Assembly (NCBI GenBank): GCA_965205015.1
Contig: OZ242029.1
Coordinates: forward strand, 544,001-608,000
DNA from: Candidatus Poribacteria bacterium
Lineage (GTDB): Bacteria; Poribacteria; WGA-4E; WGA-3G
Reading direction: 5' to 3'
DNA length: 64,000 bases
Positions 1-9,288 of this stretch are shown one piece after another. The notes beneath the pieces were generated by a model. That model worked only from the letters and a program-made list of their open reading frames with translations, did not search any database and had not been told where the DNA came from. The position numbers were made by a program, and so were the translations under genes. Every line of letters begins with the position of its first letter. Position 1 is the stretch's first letter.

Positions 1-1
1 C

Positions 2-1510
2 CGTTTTAATCGACGGAATACCACCTGGGGCATCAACTTTTGGCGGGTACGTCCGATAAATAGTCAATCCCATTCATGGGCAGAGACGGCTTTTTTCTCG
101 CGCGTATCGGAATATGGCAATTTAACGGGATTGGATTTAGAAAGGGTCAAAACAGAGCAAAAAGTTGGGATTCTTCCGTATGGCAGTTATCGTGCACTCG
201 TGGATCGTCCCAACGATCTTGATGGCGGATTGGACCTGATTCTTCCGATCTCGACACATCTGACCTCGAATGTAACGCTCAATCCTGATTTTTCACAGTT
301 GGAGAGCGATCCGACGCAAATTAACGTCTCAAGCGACCGGGAGTTGTTTCTCCCAGAACGCCGCCCGTTTTTCAGGGAGGGTGCTGAGTTATTTGAGTTA
401 CCGCTGGATTTATTCTATACCCGGCGCGTCCAAGAAATTGATGTGGGCGCGAAAACGACGGGTAGAATTGGGGATTCCAATTTCGCCGTCATCAATACCT
501 ACGGCAAAATGATCGACCGGTACGATGGAGATGAGAAAAAGCAGGTGAATCTCTTAGCCGGTCGGATTAATCACGATATCGGTGAGAGAACTGTCGTCGG
601 CGCGATGGGGATCCATAAACACCAAGCCGATCGAGATGTCGCGCTCCTATCGCTCAATGGGCGGTTTGGATTGCATCGAGACTGGACGGCGGCGTCGCAG
701 TACGCTGTGGATTGGGTCGATGGCGAGATGCACTGGGCGTACCACACCGCCACGGAATGGATTCACGAAGGGTGGCTGGGCGAGGTTCAGCTTGAAGAAA
801 TTCAGGACGGCTTTCGTCCAAACGAGATGGGGCTCGAAGAGGAGGCGTTCCGTCGGGCGCGCGCACGGCTCAGGTACAGATATGAGTTTCCGGAGGCACA
901 TTTCGTGGAATCTGTTTGGATTGATACACGTCATTTTTATCAAACCAATGCCCAAAGGCTGCTACGGGAACGGCTGAGCGAATCCCGTTTCTACATTGAC
1001 ATCGGGCGGTTTAACTTCTTCACTTCGGGTGGGTTCGGGCGGCTTCGCGAAGTCGGTCAACTTTTTGATACCAAGTTTATTCGATCAGAGATTGATTATC
1101 AGGCACCGTGGGGACAATTGTCGGTCATAAATCGGTTCGGTGTCCGTCGAAATGAATTCAATCGGTTCACCAGTTTCTCTGGAGGCGTCAACCTCTCCGG
1201 AAAACTTACCATCGATCTGGATCTCGATAATTTCTTTTGGCGTGCACACCGAAATACGCTTATTTTCCGGCTCCGCAGCAATTACCAATTTACCCAAAAG
1301 ATCGGTTGGCGTATCTTCGTTGAACGTGTAGATGAACGGATGGTAGATGAGATCACCTACAACTTCAATTCTATCTTCGATTACGAATTCACGCCGGAAA
1401 GCCACTTCTTCTTTGTGGTTGTTGATAGCCTGCCTGGGGATCGGGCTGTGTTTGCGAAATTGGCATATCTTTTTGAACCGAGTCTTCCAACTTTCGCTCA
1501 GTTTAATTGA
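2..1510 (+). CDS. DUF5916-like outer-membrane protein (5' end outside window)
   Basis: Frame is open from base 2 (RFNRRNTTWGINFWR...). Motif 'TLNPDFSQLESD...LFLPERRPFFREG...LFYTRR' and a beta-strand-rich C-terminus. Confidence 0.7.
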   Translation, partial: RFNRRNTTWGINFWRVRPINSQSHSWAETAFFSRVSEYGNLTGLDLERVKTEQKVGILPYGSYRALVDRPNDLDGGLDLILPISTHLTSNVTLNPDFSQLESDPTQINVSSDRELFLPERRPFFREGAELFELPLDLFYTRRVQEIDVGAKTTGRIGDSNFAVINTYGKMIDRYDGDEKKQVNLLAGRINHDIGERTVVGAMGIHKHQADRDVALLSLNGRFGLHRDWTAASQYAVDWVDGEMHWAYHTATEWIHEGWLGEVQLEEIQDGFRPNEMGLEEEAFRRARARLRYRYEFPEAHFVESVWIDTRHFYQTNAQRLLRERLSESRFYIDIGRFNFFTSGGFGRLREVGQLFDTKFIRSEIDYQAPWGQLSVINRFGVRRNEFNRFTSFSGGVNLSGKLTIDLDLDNFFWRAHRNTLIFRLRSNYQFTQKIGWRIFVERVDERMVDEITYNFNSIFDYEFTPESHFFFVVVDSLPGDRAVFAKLAYLFEPSLPTFAQFN

Positions 1511-1570
1511 AGAGGATTCAGCGGCGTTACCGGACTGCCAGGAAAAGGGATGTTGAACAAAGGAAACCCG

Positions 1571-2326
1571 ATGTCAAATACTGAACTCAAGACCACGTTT
1601 AATACTGCTCCAACGCTCTATGAAGATGTCCGACCCGGATATCCTGAAGAACTGATCCAGGATGTCTTGGACCTCTCTGGACTCAACGACTGCAGTAGAA
1701 TCCTTGAGGTTGGCTGCGGGACAGGCAAAGCGACGCGCCCCTTTGCTGAATGCGGATACGAATTGGTTTGTCTGGATATTGGTGCCGATTTAATCGCCGT
1801 TGCAAAAGAAAAGTTGAAGGCGTTTCCAAACGTTTCGTTTATAGAACAAGCATTTGAGGAATGGGAATCGGACGGAAAGTTTGACCTGATTATCTCTGCC
1901 ACCGCCTTTCATTGGGTAAATCCAAAAGTGAGATACTTGAAAGCATTCGAGGTGCTTAAATCAAAGGGTCTCCTCGCCGTTTTCTCGAACCAGCACGTCA
2001 GAAAAGACGAAGGATTCTTTGCGGAAAGTCAGCGTCTCTACAACAAATACTACGCGCCGCTGACCACGAATCGTCCGACACACGCCACAAACTTTCCGGG
2101 TGTGGAAGCCTTTCAAGCGCCAATTAAACGCGTCTACCCATGGACACAAACGTATTCATCTGAGCAGTATATCAAACTTTTGGGGACTTATTCAGGACAC
2201 ATCGCGTTGCCGGACGAAAATAAACGTCTTCTGTTTGACGGAATTACCAATCTCATTGAGACAAAGTACAATGGACGGATCACCAAACACTACGAAGCCG
2301 TTCTTGACCTACGGGAGACAAAATGA
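1571..2326 (+). CDS. Class I SAM-dependent methyltransferase
   Basis: LEVGCGTGKAT motif I and 'FDLIISATAFHWV'. ATG at 1571 follows AAGGA. Confidence 0.85.
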   Translation: MSNTELKTTFNTAPTLYEDVRPGYPEELIQDVLDLSGLNDCSRILEVGCGTGKATRPFAECGYELVCLDIGADLIAVAKEKLKAFPNVSFIEQAFEEWESDGKFDLIISATAFHWVNPKVRYLKAFEVLKSKGLLAVFSNQHVRKDEGFFAESQRLYNKYYAPLTTNRPTHATNFPGVEAFQAPIKRVYPWTQTYSSEQYIKLLGTYSGHIALPDENKRLLFDGITNLIETKYNGRITKHYEAVLDLRETK

Positions 2327-3399
2327 AAATTACAAAAGTTGAGACATTCCAGATTGAGACCCCGCGTTATTACGGTCACGTATCAGGTCATGTGATCGTC
2401 AAAGTTCACGTAGACGATGGTCCTGTGGGGTTAGGAGAAGCCTCAGACAGTCGGGCTGACGATTTAGGCGCAGTAACCAAACGCTATAACGATTTACTCG
2501 TCGGACGTGATGCGACCCGTATCACCGAGATCAACGAGTTGTTACAGACACAGAACTTCGATAGCACGGTGAGCAATCTACACCTCGCCTCCGCCATTGA
2601 TCTCGCACTCTACGACCTGAACGGTAAGATCCAAGGGGTGCCGGCTTACCAAATGCTCGGCGGTAAGATGCGAGATAGCGTCTATTGCTGCTATCCAATC
2701 TTCGGATGGCAAGTCACCGAGGGCTTTGAAAAAGCCGCGGGTTATCTGCAACGGTTGGTAGACCTCGGACACCATCTCTTCCGCTACTACGTGTCGGGGG
2801 ACAGCGCGCTGGATGATCGATTCCTGACTGAGATGACGTTGAGGTTTAGCGAGCAGATCAAGCTCAAACAGATCGATTTCTCCGGTCGCTTTAACGACTG
2901 GGAAACCGCCTTACGCTATGCCGATGTCCTTCGGCATCACACCCCCTATCACTTTGAACAACCCTCACGGAACCTGCGCGTGTGTGCGGAGTTCACCAAA
3001 CGCATCGACCTACCTGTGAGTCTGCACATCGGTAGTTTAGAATACGGGTATGAGGCAGCCGAGCGCGGTGCTTGCACAGTTTTCAATGTAGCGTGCGTCG
3101 CAGGAGGTCCGACCCATATCCGTCGCTTGTTCGCGTTGGCGGAGGCAGCCGGGTTTCGGTGTCTGATTGGTACAGATCAGGAATCGACGCTCGGAACAGC
3201 CGCACAAATCCACGTCGGTGTTTCAATGCCCAACCTTGCCCTGCCCTGTGATCCGATGGGACCCGTGCTCTATACAGCATCGCCAGCGAAGGAACGCATC
3301 CGAGCAGAAGCCAGCCATCTCTATCCACCCGAAAGACCGGGCTTAGGGGTCGAATTAGATTCGGACAAACTGAAGGCACTAACAGTTGCCTCAGCATAA
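2323..3399 (+). CDS. Mandelate racemase/muconate lactonizing enzyme (enolase superfamily)
   Basis: 'MKITKVET', 'SAIDLALYDLNGK...PAYQMLGGK', EQP and C-terminal 'PGLGVELD'. Confidence 0.85.
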   Translation: MKITKVETFQIETPRYYGHVSGHVIVKVHVDDGPVGLGEASDSRADDLGAVTKRYNDLLVGRDATRITEINELLQTQNFDSTVSNLHLASAIDLALYDLNGKIQGVPAYQMLGGKMRDSVYCCYPIFGWQVTEGFEKAAGYLQRLVDLGHHLFRYYVSGDSALDDRFLTEMTLRFSEQIKLKQIDFSGRFNDWETALRYADVLRHHTPYHFEQPSRNLRVCAEFTKRIDLPVSLHIGSLEYGYEAAERGACTVFNVACVAGGPTHIRRLFALAEAAGFRCLIGTDQESTLGTAAQIHVGVSMPNLALPCDPMGPVLYTASPAKERIRAEASHLYPPERPGLGVELDSDKLKALTVASA

Positions 3400-3515
3400 C
3401 ATTTCGACTGTGAACTTAGGAATGGTTTCTGAATATAGCAATATCCTTTGTAGGACCGATCTCCTGACCCCAACCTTTTCCGACAATCGAAAACTCATAG
3501 TTGACAACCATTCAA

Positions 3516-3544
3516 TTGACATCTATTCCTAATCGTGATAGGCT
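3516..3544 (+). promoter_or_regulatory. Putative sigma70 promoter TTGACA-17-TAGGCT with TG extension
   Basis: ttgaca tctattcctaatcgtga taggct, upstream of the 3619 CDS. Confidence 0.45.
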
Positions 3545-3618
3545 AATGTGACTTCGGCATCTGCATACCGAAGTGAAAATAGAATCCACATTGAAAATTG
3601 TTTATAGGAGGAAAAAGC

Positions 3619-3939
3619 ATGTTTGTTATCATCGCACCGATTCAGATTAAGGAAGGTCACAGAGATGCGTTCGTCGAATCGATGATAGACGACGCGAAAG
3701 GCTCCGTTGAGAACGAACCCGGTTGCCTGAGATTTGATGTGATTCAAGATGGTGCCGATCCAAACCGGATCTGGCTCTATGAAGTTTACGTGGACGAGGC
3801 AGCGTTCCAAGAACATCTGAAAGCTCCGCACTTCATCAAATGGCGGGATACCGTCAAGGATTGGTTTGCTGAGAGCGAATTTAAAGGCGCAGGCAGCGGA
3901 AGTTCCATGATCTATCCGCCAGATGACGACTGGAAGTAG
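3619..3939 (+). CDS. ABM-domain putative quinol monooxygenase (LsrG-like)
   Basis: 'EPGCLRFDV...LYEVY.DEAAFQEHLKAPHF'. RBS AGGAGG before the ATG at 3619. Confidence 0.85.
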   Translation: MFVIIAPIQIKEGHRDAFVESMIDDAKGSVENEPGCLRFDVIQDGADPNRIWLYEVYVDEAAFQEHLKAPHFIKWRDTVKDWFAESEFKGAGSGSSMIYPPDDDWK

Positions 3940-3945
3940 CCAATT

Positions 3946-4317
3946 TTGATAGTTGATGCACTGTCCATAGTTTCACCGTCCGTGCAGCGTATTGTTGCAG
4001 GAAAAAAGATGGTCGAAATCCGGCGTTGGCTGCCGCCGAAGATCCCCTTTCTCAATCTCGTGCTTGTAGAAAATGAGATTTATCTGACCGAAGAGGGACA
4101 AGAAGACCCGAACGGACTGGCACGCGCAATTGTCGATATTACAGGCATTCACGATTGGACCCCTGAAGAAGCGGAATCGCAAGGAGTAGAGTGGATCCCT
4201 AACTATGTGTGTTGGGAACTCTCAAATGTGAGGCGTATAGAGCCACCTATCCCATGTGTCGCTCGACGGAAAATCTATAAAATCGACATTGACGCGCGCC
4301 TCCCTATGGGTCGTTAA
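3946..4317 (+). CDS. ASCH/PUA-like domain protein
   Basis: 'ALSIVSP...IVAGKKMVEIRRW' ASCH signature. Confidence 0.75.
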   Translation: MIVDALSIVSPSVQRIVAGKKMVEIRRWLPPKIPFLNLVLVENEIYLTEEGQEDPNGLARAIVDITGIHDWTPEEAESQGVEWIPNYVCWELSNVRRIEPPIPCVARRKIYKIDIDARLPMGR

Positions 4318-4358
4318 GACCTAATCGTTGAAGTACCAATTGGAGTTCGATAGGAGCG

Positions 4359-4985
4359 TTGACCGACATGATGCAATTCACTGACGGACTTGTGAAGTCA
4401 TACGAGAAGTACGCCCATGAAAGAGCATCTCATTCTCCTGACACATTCAAGGTCCGGGAGCGATCAGAATTTCTAAAATTCTCGCAGGATGAGGGCCGAG
4501 AGACGCTCCTTGAAATTGGGTGTGGTCCCGGCGCGGATGCGCTGTTTTTTCAAAATCAAGGGCTCCGCGTTCTGGCGGTGGACAATGCACCAACAATGGT
4601 GCAACTCACCACAGAAAAGGGGGTCCCTGCGCGAGTCTTGGATTGCTACAATCTTGACGAGATTAATGAGCGTTTTGATGCGGTATATACGATGAATTGT
4701 CTCCTGCACATACCGAAGCGGGACTTTGATCAGGTTTTAGATTTAATTTCAGGGCGACTCAACGAAAACGGTATAATGTATATTGGTATTTGGGGAGACC
4801 AAAACTTTGAGGGTATCTGGGAAAAAGACAGATATGAGCCGAAACGGTTTTTCTCTTTCTGGAAGACAGAGGCACTTCTTGAAGTCCTACAACGATCATT
4901 TAAGTTAGAGTACTACCGAAGATTAGAGCCTCATGAAGGCAGGATATTCAATTCTATTGTTGTCCGTAAACACATGGAGGTTTAA
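4359..4985 (+). CDS. Class I SAM-dependent methyltransferase
   Basis: LEIGCGPGAD and 'FDAVYTMNCLLHIP'. Confidence 0.85.
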   Translation: MTDMMQFTDGLVKSYEKYAHERASHSPDTFKVRERSEFLKFSQDEGRETLLEIGCGPGADALFFQNQGLRVLAVDNAPTMVQLTTEKGVPARVLDCYNLDEINERFDAVYTMNCLLHIPKRDFDQVLDLISGRLNENGIMYIGIWGDQNFEGIWEKDRYEPKRFFSFWKTEALLEVLQRSFKLEYYRRLEPHEGRIFNSIVVRKHMEV

Positions 4986-4986
4986 A

Positions 4987-5751
4987 GTGAAACGAATAGT
5001 TTCCTATATTCTGAGCGTGGCATTCATTTTGATATTTCCCTTCGTAACCGAAGCGATTGAGGATGATGCAATGGTCCTCTACTACCCGTTTGACGAAGGA
5101 AAGGGAAAAGAGATTGAAGACCTGAGCGGCAAGGGGAACCACGGCACGCTCGAAGGCGATGCCAAATGGGAGAAAAACGGAAAGGTCAATTCGGGGGTAT
5201 TTTTTAACGAACAGATTCAGAAAGGGGTCGTCGCCGCGGAAGCGTCTGACAGTCTGGCGATTACCAAGAACTTGACGATGGAGGTATGGGTATACCCAGA
5301 GAGCGTCGGCGATTATCGTAATGTGCGCGGACAGGCGGGACCCCATACGTATTATCTGAGTATCCATCAAGGTAGACCCTCAGTGTGGATGGGATGCCCT
5401 GGTGCTGGGGGACGCACCTGGAACAGCACAAAAAACGAGATTCCGAACGATAAGTGGTCGCACGTTGCCGCAGTTTACGAGTTCAATAAGGAACTTCGAC
5501 TCTATATCAACGGCAAACTTGACAATACCTATAAAGTGCAAGGCGAAATTCCGGTTTCCCAAAACGATCACTGGTTCGGCAATCGCTTGGATGGTCCGTG
5601 GCCCTATGGCGGAAAGCTCGATGAATTCGTCATCTATAACCGTGTCTTAACTGAAGATGAGATTCAGCAAGACATGGAGCAGGTATTGAGTGTATCACCG
5701 TTGGACAAAGCCACGACGACCTGGGGACTGCTCAAAAAGGTTAAAAGATAA
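4987..5751 (+). CDS. Secreted LamG/concanavalin-like domain protein with TWG C-terminal motif
   Basis: GTG after GGAGG. Signal peptide, 'LYYPFDEG...DLSGKGNHGTL', 'WSHVAAVY...LYING', 'LDEFVIYNRVL', and it ends 'VSPLDKATTTWGLLK'. Confidence 0.85.
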   Translation: MKRIVSYILSVAFILIFPFVTEAIEDDAMVLYYPFDEGKGKEIEDLSGKGNHGTLEGDAKWEKNGKVNSGVFFNEQIQKGVVAAEASDSLAITKNLTMEVWVYPESVGDYRNVRGQAGPHTYYLSIHQGRPSVWMGCPGAGGRTWNSTKNEIPNDKWSHVAAVYEFNKELRLYINGKLDNTYKVQGEIPVSQNDHWFGNRLDGPWPYGGKLDEFVIYNRVLTEDEIQQDMEQVLSVSPLDKATTTWGLLKKVKR

Positions 5752-5779
5752 GCGTCCGACTTTAAGCAAAGAAAGGAAT

Positions 5780-6478
5780 ATGTTGGACATTAGATTGGCG
5801 CGCTCAGATGATGCGGAAGCAATCCATCTAATATTACAGGAAACATGGGGAGACTCACTTCTGTTTGACGTGTTCATGGATCATATTTCGTCGCCTGAGC
5901 ATCAGGTCTTCGTTGCAGTGGATGGTGGCGAAAGCGCAGGGTTTCTTTCCGCGTTTCTGGTCCCTAGTCCAGTCCCTCGATGGGAAATAGATCTTATCGT
6001 TGTCGGTTCTACGCGTCGAGGAAAGGGAATAGGAACTTCTCTCATTGCGGAAGCGTTGGCATACGGTTCTCATCTCGGCGTGCAGTGGGCTAAGGCATCC
6101 ATCCGCATTGATAATTATGCAAGTCAGCGCGCCTTTTCCAAGACGGGCTTTAGGGTAGACACTCAAGTGCGTAGTCTTCTTCTTTGGGATCCGTTGGCTT
6201 GCGAATCTCCTCCTGATGTGCCTGAGATTGTTCGTTTTATACCTGTCGATACATTAACCTATCGCGGGTTGTGGATTGAGGGGTTTATTGAGTCTCACTT
6301 ATTCCTGAAGGAACAACACAATGTGATCCGCGCGGCTCGAAATTCTATTTTTCATGAGGACCGCTTAAATACAGGATTGTTTATACCAGACAGTTTCAAA
6401 CACACGCTCGCGCCGGATCTATTAACCTCCGCTACCGATTTTGGTCAATATCACCGGTGGGCGTATACATACAAATAG
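5780..6478 (+). CDS. GNAT family N-acetyltransferase with extra C-terminal domain
   Basis: 'RRGKGIGTSL' acetyl-CoA motif A and 'N.ASQRAFSKTGF'. ATG after AAGGA. Confidence 0.8.
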   Translation: MLDIRLARSDDAEAIHLILQETWGDSLLFDVFMDHISSPEHQVFVAVDGGESAGFLSAFLVPSPVPRWEIDLIVVGSTRRGKGIGTSLIAEALAYGSHLGVQWAKASIRIDNYASQRAFSKTGFRVDTQVRSLLLWDPLACESPPDVPEIVRFIPVDTLTYRGLWIEGFIESHLFLKEQHNVIRAARNSIFHEDRLNTGLFIPDSFKHTLAPDLLTSATDFGQYHRWAYTYK

Positions 6479-6486
6479 AAATTGCT

Positions 6487-7206
6487 ATGCCACAATCGTC
6501 GCTTCCAGTTGGAAACACCGTCCAACCTATCGCTCATGTTGACTTGCCTCAAAAGACAGACTACGTCGGTAAATTCATTACCCTGTCTTCAGTCGATCCA
6601 CAAGCCGATGTTGCGGAACTCTATGCGTGTTCTCACGGTTCAGATATAACGGAGCAAATCTGGACCTACATGAGTTACGGTCCCTTTGACAACAGATACA
6701 GCATGCAGCACTGGCTTGAGGAAGGTGCAGAATCGACAGACCCACTCTTCTTTACCGTCCATCACCATGAATCGAAGCAACGCGTGGGAATGGTAAGTTT
6801 CCTGAATATCACTTCGGATATGCGACGATTGGAACTCGGACACTTATGGTATTCACCGACCTCTCAGCGATCAAACGTAAACACGGAAGCCATATACTTA
6901 ATGCTCTGCGAGGCTTTCGATAGGCTGAAATACCGACGCGTTGAATGGAAATGCGATTCTTTAAATGCGCGTTCTCGATCGGCAGCACTGCGTCTCGGTT
7001 TCAAGTTTGAAGGCATTTTCAGACAGCACCTGATTATAAAAGGACGAAACAGGGATACGGCTTGGTATTCAATGTTGGACAGCGAATGGACTGCTATTAA
7101 GAAGAACATGGAGACGTGGTTGTATCAGAACCCCGATCGAAAATTGTCCTTAACAGCACTCAATAAGAATAAAATTCATAGTGAAGTAAGGAGGAGAAAT
7201 AAATGA
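6487..7206 (+). CDS. RimJ/RimL-type GNAT acetyltransferase
   Basis: 'YRRVEWKCDSLNARSRSAALRLGFKFEGIFRQH..IKGRNRDTAWYSMLDSEW'. Confidence 0.9.
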   Translation: MPQSSLPVGNTVQPIAHVDLPQKTDYVGKFITLSSVDPQADVAELYACSHGSDITEQIWTYMSYGPFDNRYSMQHWLEEGAESTDPLFFTVHHHESKQRVGMVSFLNITSDMRRLELGHLWYSPTSQRSNVNTEAIYLMLCEAFDRLKYRRVEWKCDSLNARSRSAALRLGFKFEGIFRQHLIIKGRNRDTAWYSMLDSEWTAIKKNMETWLYQNPDRKLSLTALNKNKIHSEVRRRNK

Positions 7207-7721
7207 AGAGATTTTCGATCATTAGTATTATATGTACATTTTCGCTAATTATAGTCTTCAGTGCGATTTTTTTCGGAGCATTTGTTGCTAATGAAAGCAA
7301 AGCACAGATAAAACCAATCAAGCCAATACCGCCAAAATACGCAGATGCCTTAAATTTGACGTTTGCAGAGGTTTGGGATATACTCAAAATCAAGGCAAAA
7401 ACTGACCTTTGGAACGCCTCTATTATTGCTGATAATAGTAAAAACACGCTCCTTGGTAAAATAAGTTCAAAATACGATAGCGATTCCGTTTTTAATAATT
7501 ATGGTGATTATGGCAGTAAATATGGAAGTAATTCCATTTGGAATCAGTATGGTGATTATGGCAGTAAATATAGTCAACATAGCGCCTTTAACAGGAACAC
7601 TTTTTCGCCGCCATACATTGTGAAAAATCAAACAATTATAGGTCGCCTTACACTTAATAATTCAATACCGGGAGCAATAGATCCGTATTTACTTAAGGCC
7701 TTATTCCCTGATGAACTATAA
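7203..7721 (+). CDS. Hypothetical exported protein with YGDYGSKY repeats (AT-rich)
   Basis: N-terminal hydrophobic segment and an internal duplication tatggtgattatggcagtaaata. Visibly AT-richer than its neighbours. Confidence 0.65.
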   Translation: MKRFSIISIICTFSLIIVFSAIFFGAFVANESKAQIKPIKPIPPKYADALNLTFAEVWDILKIKAKTDLWNASIIADNSKNTLLGKISSKYDSDSVFNNYGDYGSKYGSNSIWNQYGDYGSKYSQHSAFNRNTFSPPYIVKNQTIIGRLTLNNSIPGAIDPYLLKALFPDEL

Positions 7722-7813
7722 TTAACGTGAGTTGAAAAATAAAATACACCTATAAATGTAGGTTCGGTTGGGCATACGTGAAATCCAACATCATATCTAA
7801 AAGGCAGCTCCTT

Positions 7814-7964
7814 GCTCCAGAGGAGCAATATGTCTATAGCAGCGAATCGGCCCGACGCTTCCGCTCCAGCGGAGCGGTATGTCATTACACGACACATAGC
7901 ACTCCTCTGGAGTGCAAGAATTTGGAAATCCACTTTTCTATAGACATAGCACTCCTCTGGAGTG
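7814..7964. repeat. REP/REPIN-like cluster of four ctcc-nnn-ggag palindromic units in nested inverted arrangement
   Basis: 7815-7839 is a near reverse complement of 7938-7962. The inner pair is 7863-7882 / 7894-7914. The 21-nt acatagcactcctctggagtg occurs twice. Confidence 0.7.
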
Positions 7965-8049
7965 TTGGAGACCATGTATCACCAAATTTGCGCCAGACAC
8001 AATGTATCGTAACGGGTTCCTCTAAATCTTTAAATCAAACTCACGTTAT

Positions 8050-8186
8050 AATTACTCCTTTTTCGCCGGTCAAAAGGTGATATTTTTAAATTTGCTTTTA
8101 CCAAGCAGACACGGAAAATTCCAAGGTCAGACATTCATACAGCCGAACAGAGAAAACGAGATTATTTCAGGAGGAAACAACAGTGA
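8050..8186 (+). pseudogene. Remnant of RelE/HigB (Gp49-like) toxin gene
   Basis: Reads YSFFAGQKVIFL, then a frameshift, then FAFTKQTRKIPRSDIHTAEQRKRDYFRRKQQ*. The TGA overlaps the GTG of the HTH gene. No 5' half or start codon. Confidence 0.7.
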
Positions 8187-8458
8187 GCGACTTAAAACAG
8201 TATATCGAAAAGCGTAGAGTCAAAGACCCTGAGTTTGCCGAAAATTACGAGACGGGTTATTTAGAGTTCAAGATCGGTGTCCTCCTTCGGCAAGCCCGGG
8301 AGGAAGCTGGCTTAACCCAAGAAGATGTTGCGCAAAAATTGAATACGAAGAAATCTGCTATTTCAAGAATGGAAAACCATGCAGAAGATGTTAGATTGTC
8401 AACCTTAGGAAAATACGCAAAAGTACTCGGAAAGAAATTGTATTTATCAGTTGGATAA
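8183..8458 (+). CDS. XRE-family HTH protein (HigA-like antitoxin)
   Basis: 'LRQAREEAGLTQEDVAQKLNTKKSAISRMEN...RLSTL'. Confidence 0.9.
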   Translation: MSDLKQYIEKRRVKDPEFAENYETGYLEFKIGVLLRQAREEAGLTQEDVAQKLNTKKSAISRMENHAEDVRLSTLGKYAKVLGKKLYLSVG

Positions 8459-8474
8459 GTAAGGAGACATATTC

Positions 8475-9272
8475 ATGAGTAAATTCAGACTCGCCTGCCA
8501 CCTCATCCAATTTGGAGGTGAACAGCGAGATAATCCGGAAAAAGTGTTGCGTGAAGTCGCTGACGCTGGGTGGGACGGCGTAGAAGGTTTAGGAATAGAA
8601 ACAGCCGATGAACTCGTTGAAATGGCGACGCTCGCACGGAGTCTCGGACTCCATATCGTCAATGCCGGTGGGGCAGGGCTTGACAGGGTTAAGTTTAATA
8701 TCGCCCTCGGCAATGATGCCGCCGAAGTCCCTTCATTGAGACGCTCAGAATGGGGTGGACCCGACCCAAGCGATACAGATTTCGAGAACGCCGCCCGAAC
8801 GTTAGACGACGTACTCGCCTTCTGTGACGCACACAATATTAAAGGCTTCCACCACGCCCATCTCGGTACACTGCTTGAGACGGTTGAGGATGCCGAACGC
8901 CTCTTGGCAGCCGCACCGAGTCTCTGGCTGCTGTTTGATACGGGACACATGCTCGCCGCTGGCAGTGATCCGATGCAGGTTTTTGAGAACGAAAATTTGC
9001 GCAATCGGATTGGGCATGTGCATCTCAAGGACTGCCACGCCGATGATCCCGAAACATGGGATTACAGAACGCAACGTTTCGGGGAGCAGGCGCGCTTTGC
9101 TGAACTCGGTGCCGGAAATCTGGGACTCGATGTCAAAGCTGCACTCGAAGGACTCAAATCCGTCGGTTATGACGGATGGGTCTCAGTCGAACTCGACCGT
9201 CCCTATCCGCCACGTCCACCCGCCGAAGCCGCGGTGGTTAATCGGGAATACCTACGGAGTCTTGGATATTGA
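8475..9272 (+). CDS. Sugar phosphate isomerase/epimerase, TIM barrel (IolE-like)
   Basis: 'FHHAH', 'FDTGH', 'IGHVHLKD', 'GYDGWVSVELD'. Confidence 0.85.
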   Translation: MSKFRLACHLIQFGGEQRDNPEKVLREVADAGWDGVEGLGIETADELVEMATLARSLGLHIVNAGGAGLDRVKFNIALGNDAAEVPSLRRSEWGGPDPSDTDFENAARTLDDVLAFCDAHNIKGFHHAHLGTLLETVEDAERLLAAAPSLWLLFDTGHMLAAGSDPMQVFENENLRNRIGHVHLKDCHADDPETWDYRTQRFGEQARFAELGAGNLGLDVKAALEGLKSVGYDGWVSVELDRPYPPRPPAEAAVVNREYLRSLGY

Positions 9273-9288
9273 ACGGAGGCATGTCACT

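Noticed and set aside
7778-8080. 100-aa ORF upstream of the HTH gene as the toxin
   Set aside because: It mostly translates the REP-like repeats. The toxin relic is in other frames at 8050-8186.
8824-9288. 595-aa version of the ATPase ORF overlapping the isomerase gene
   Set aside because: The extension is an off-frame read of 8475..9272. The family N-terminus and RBS are at 9289.
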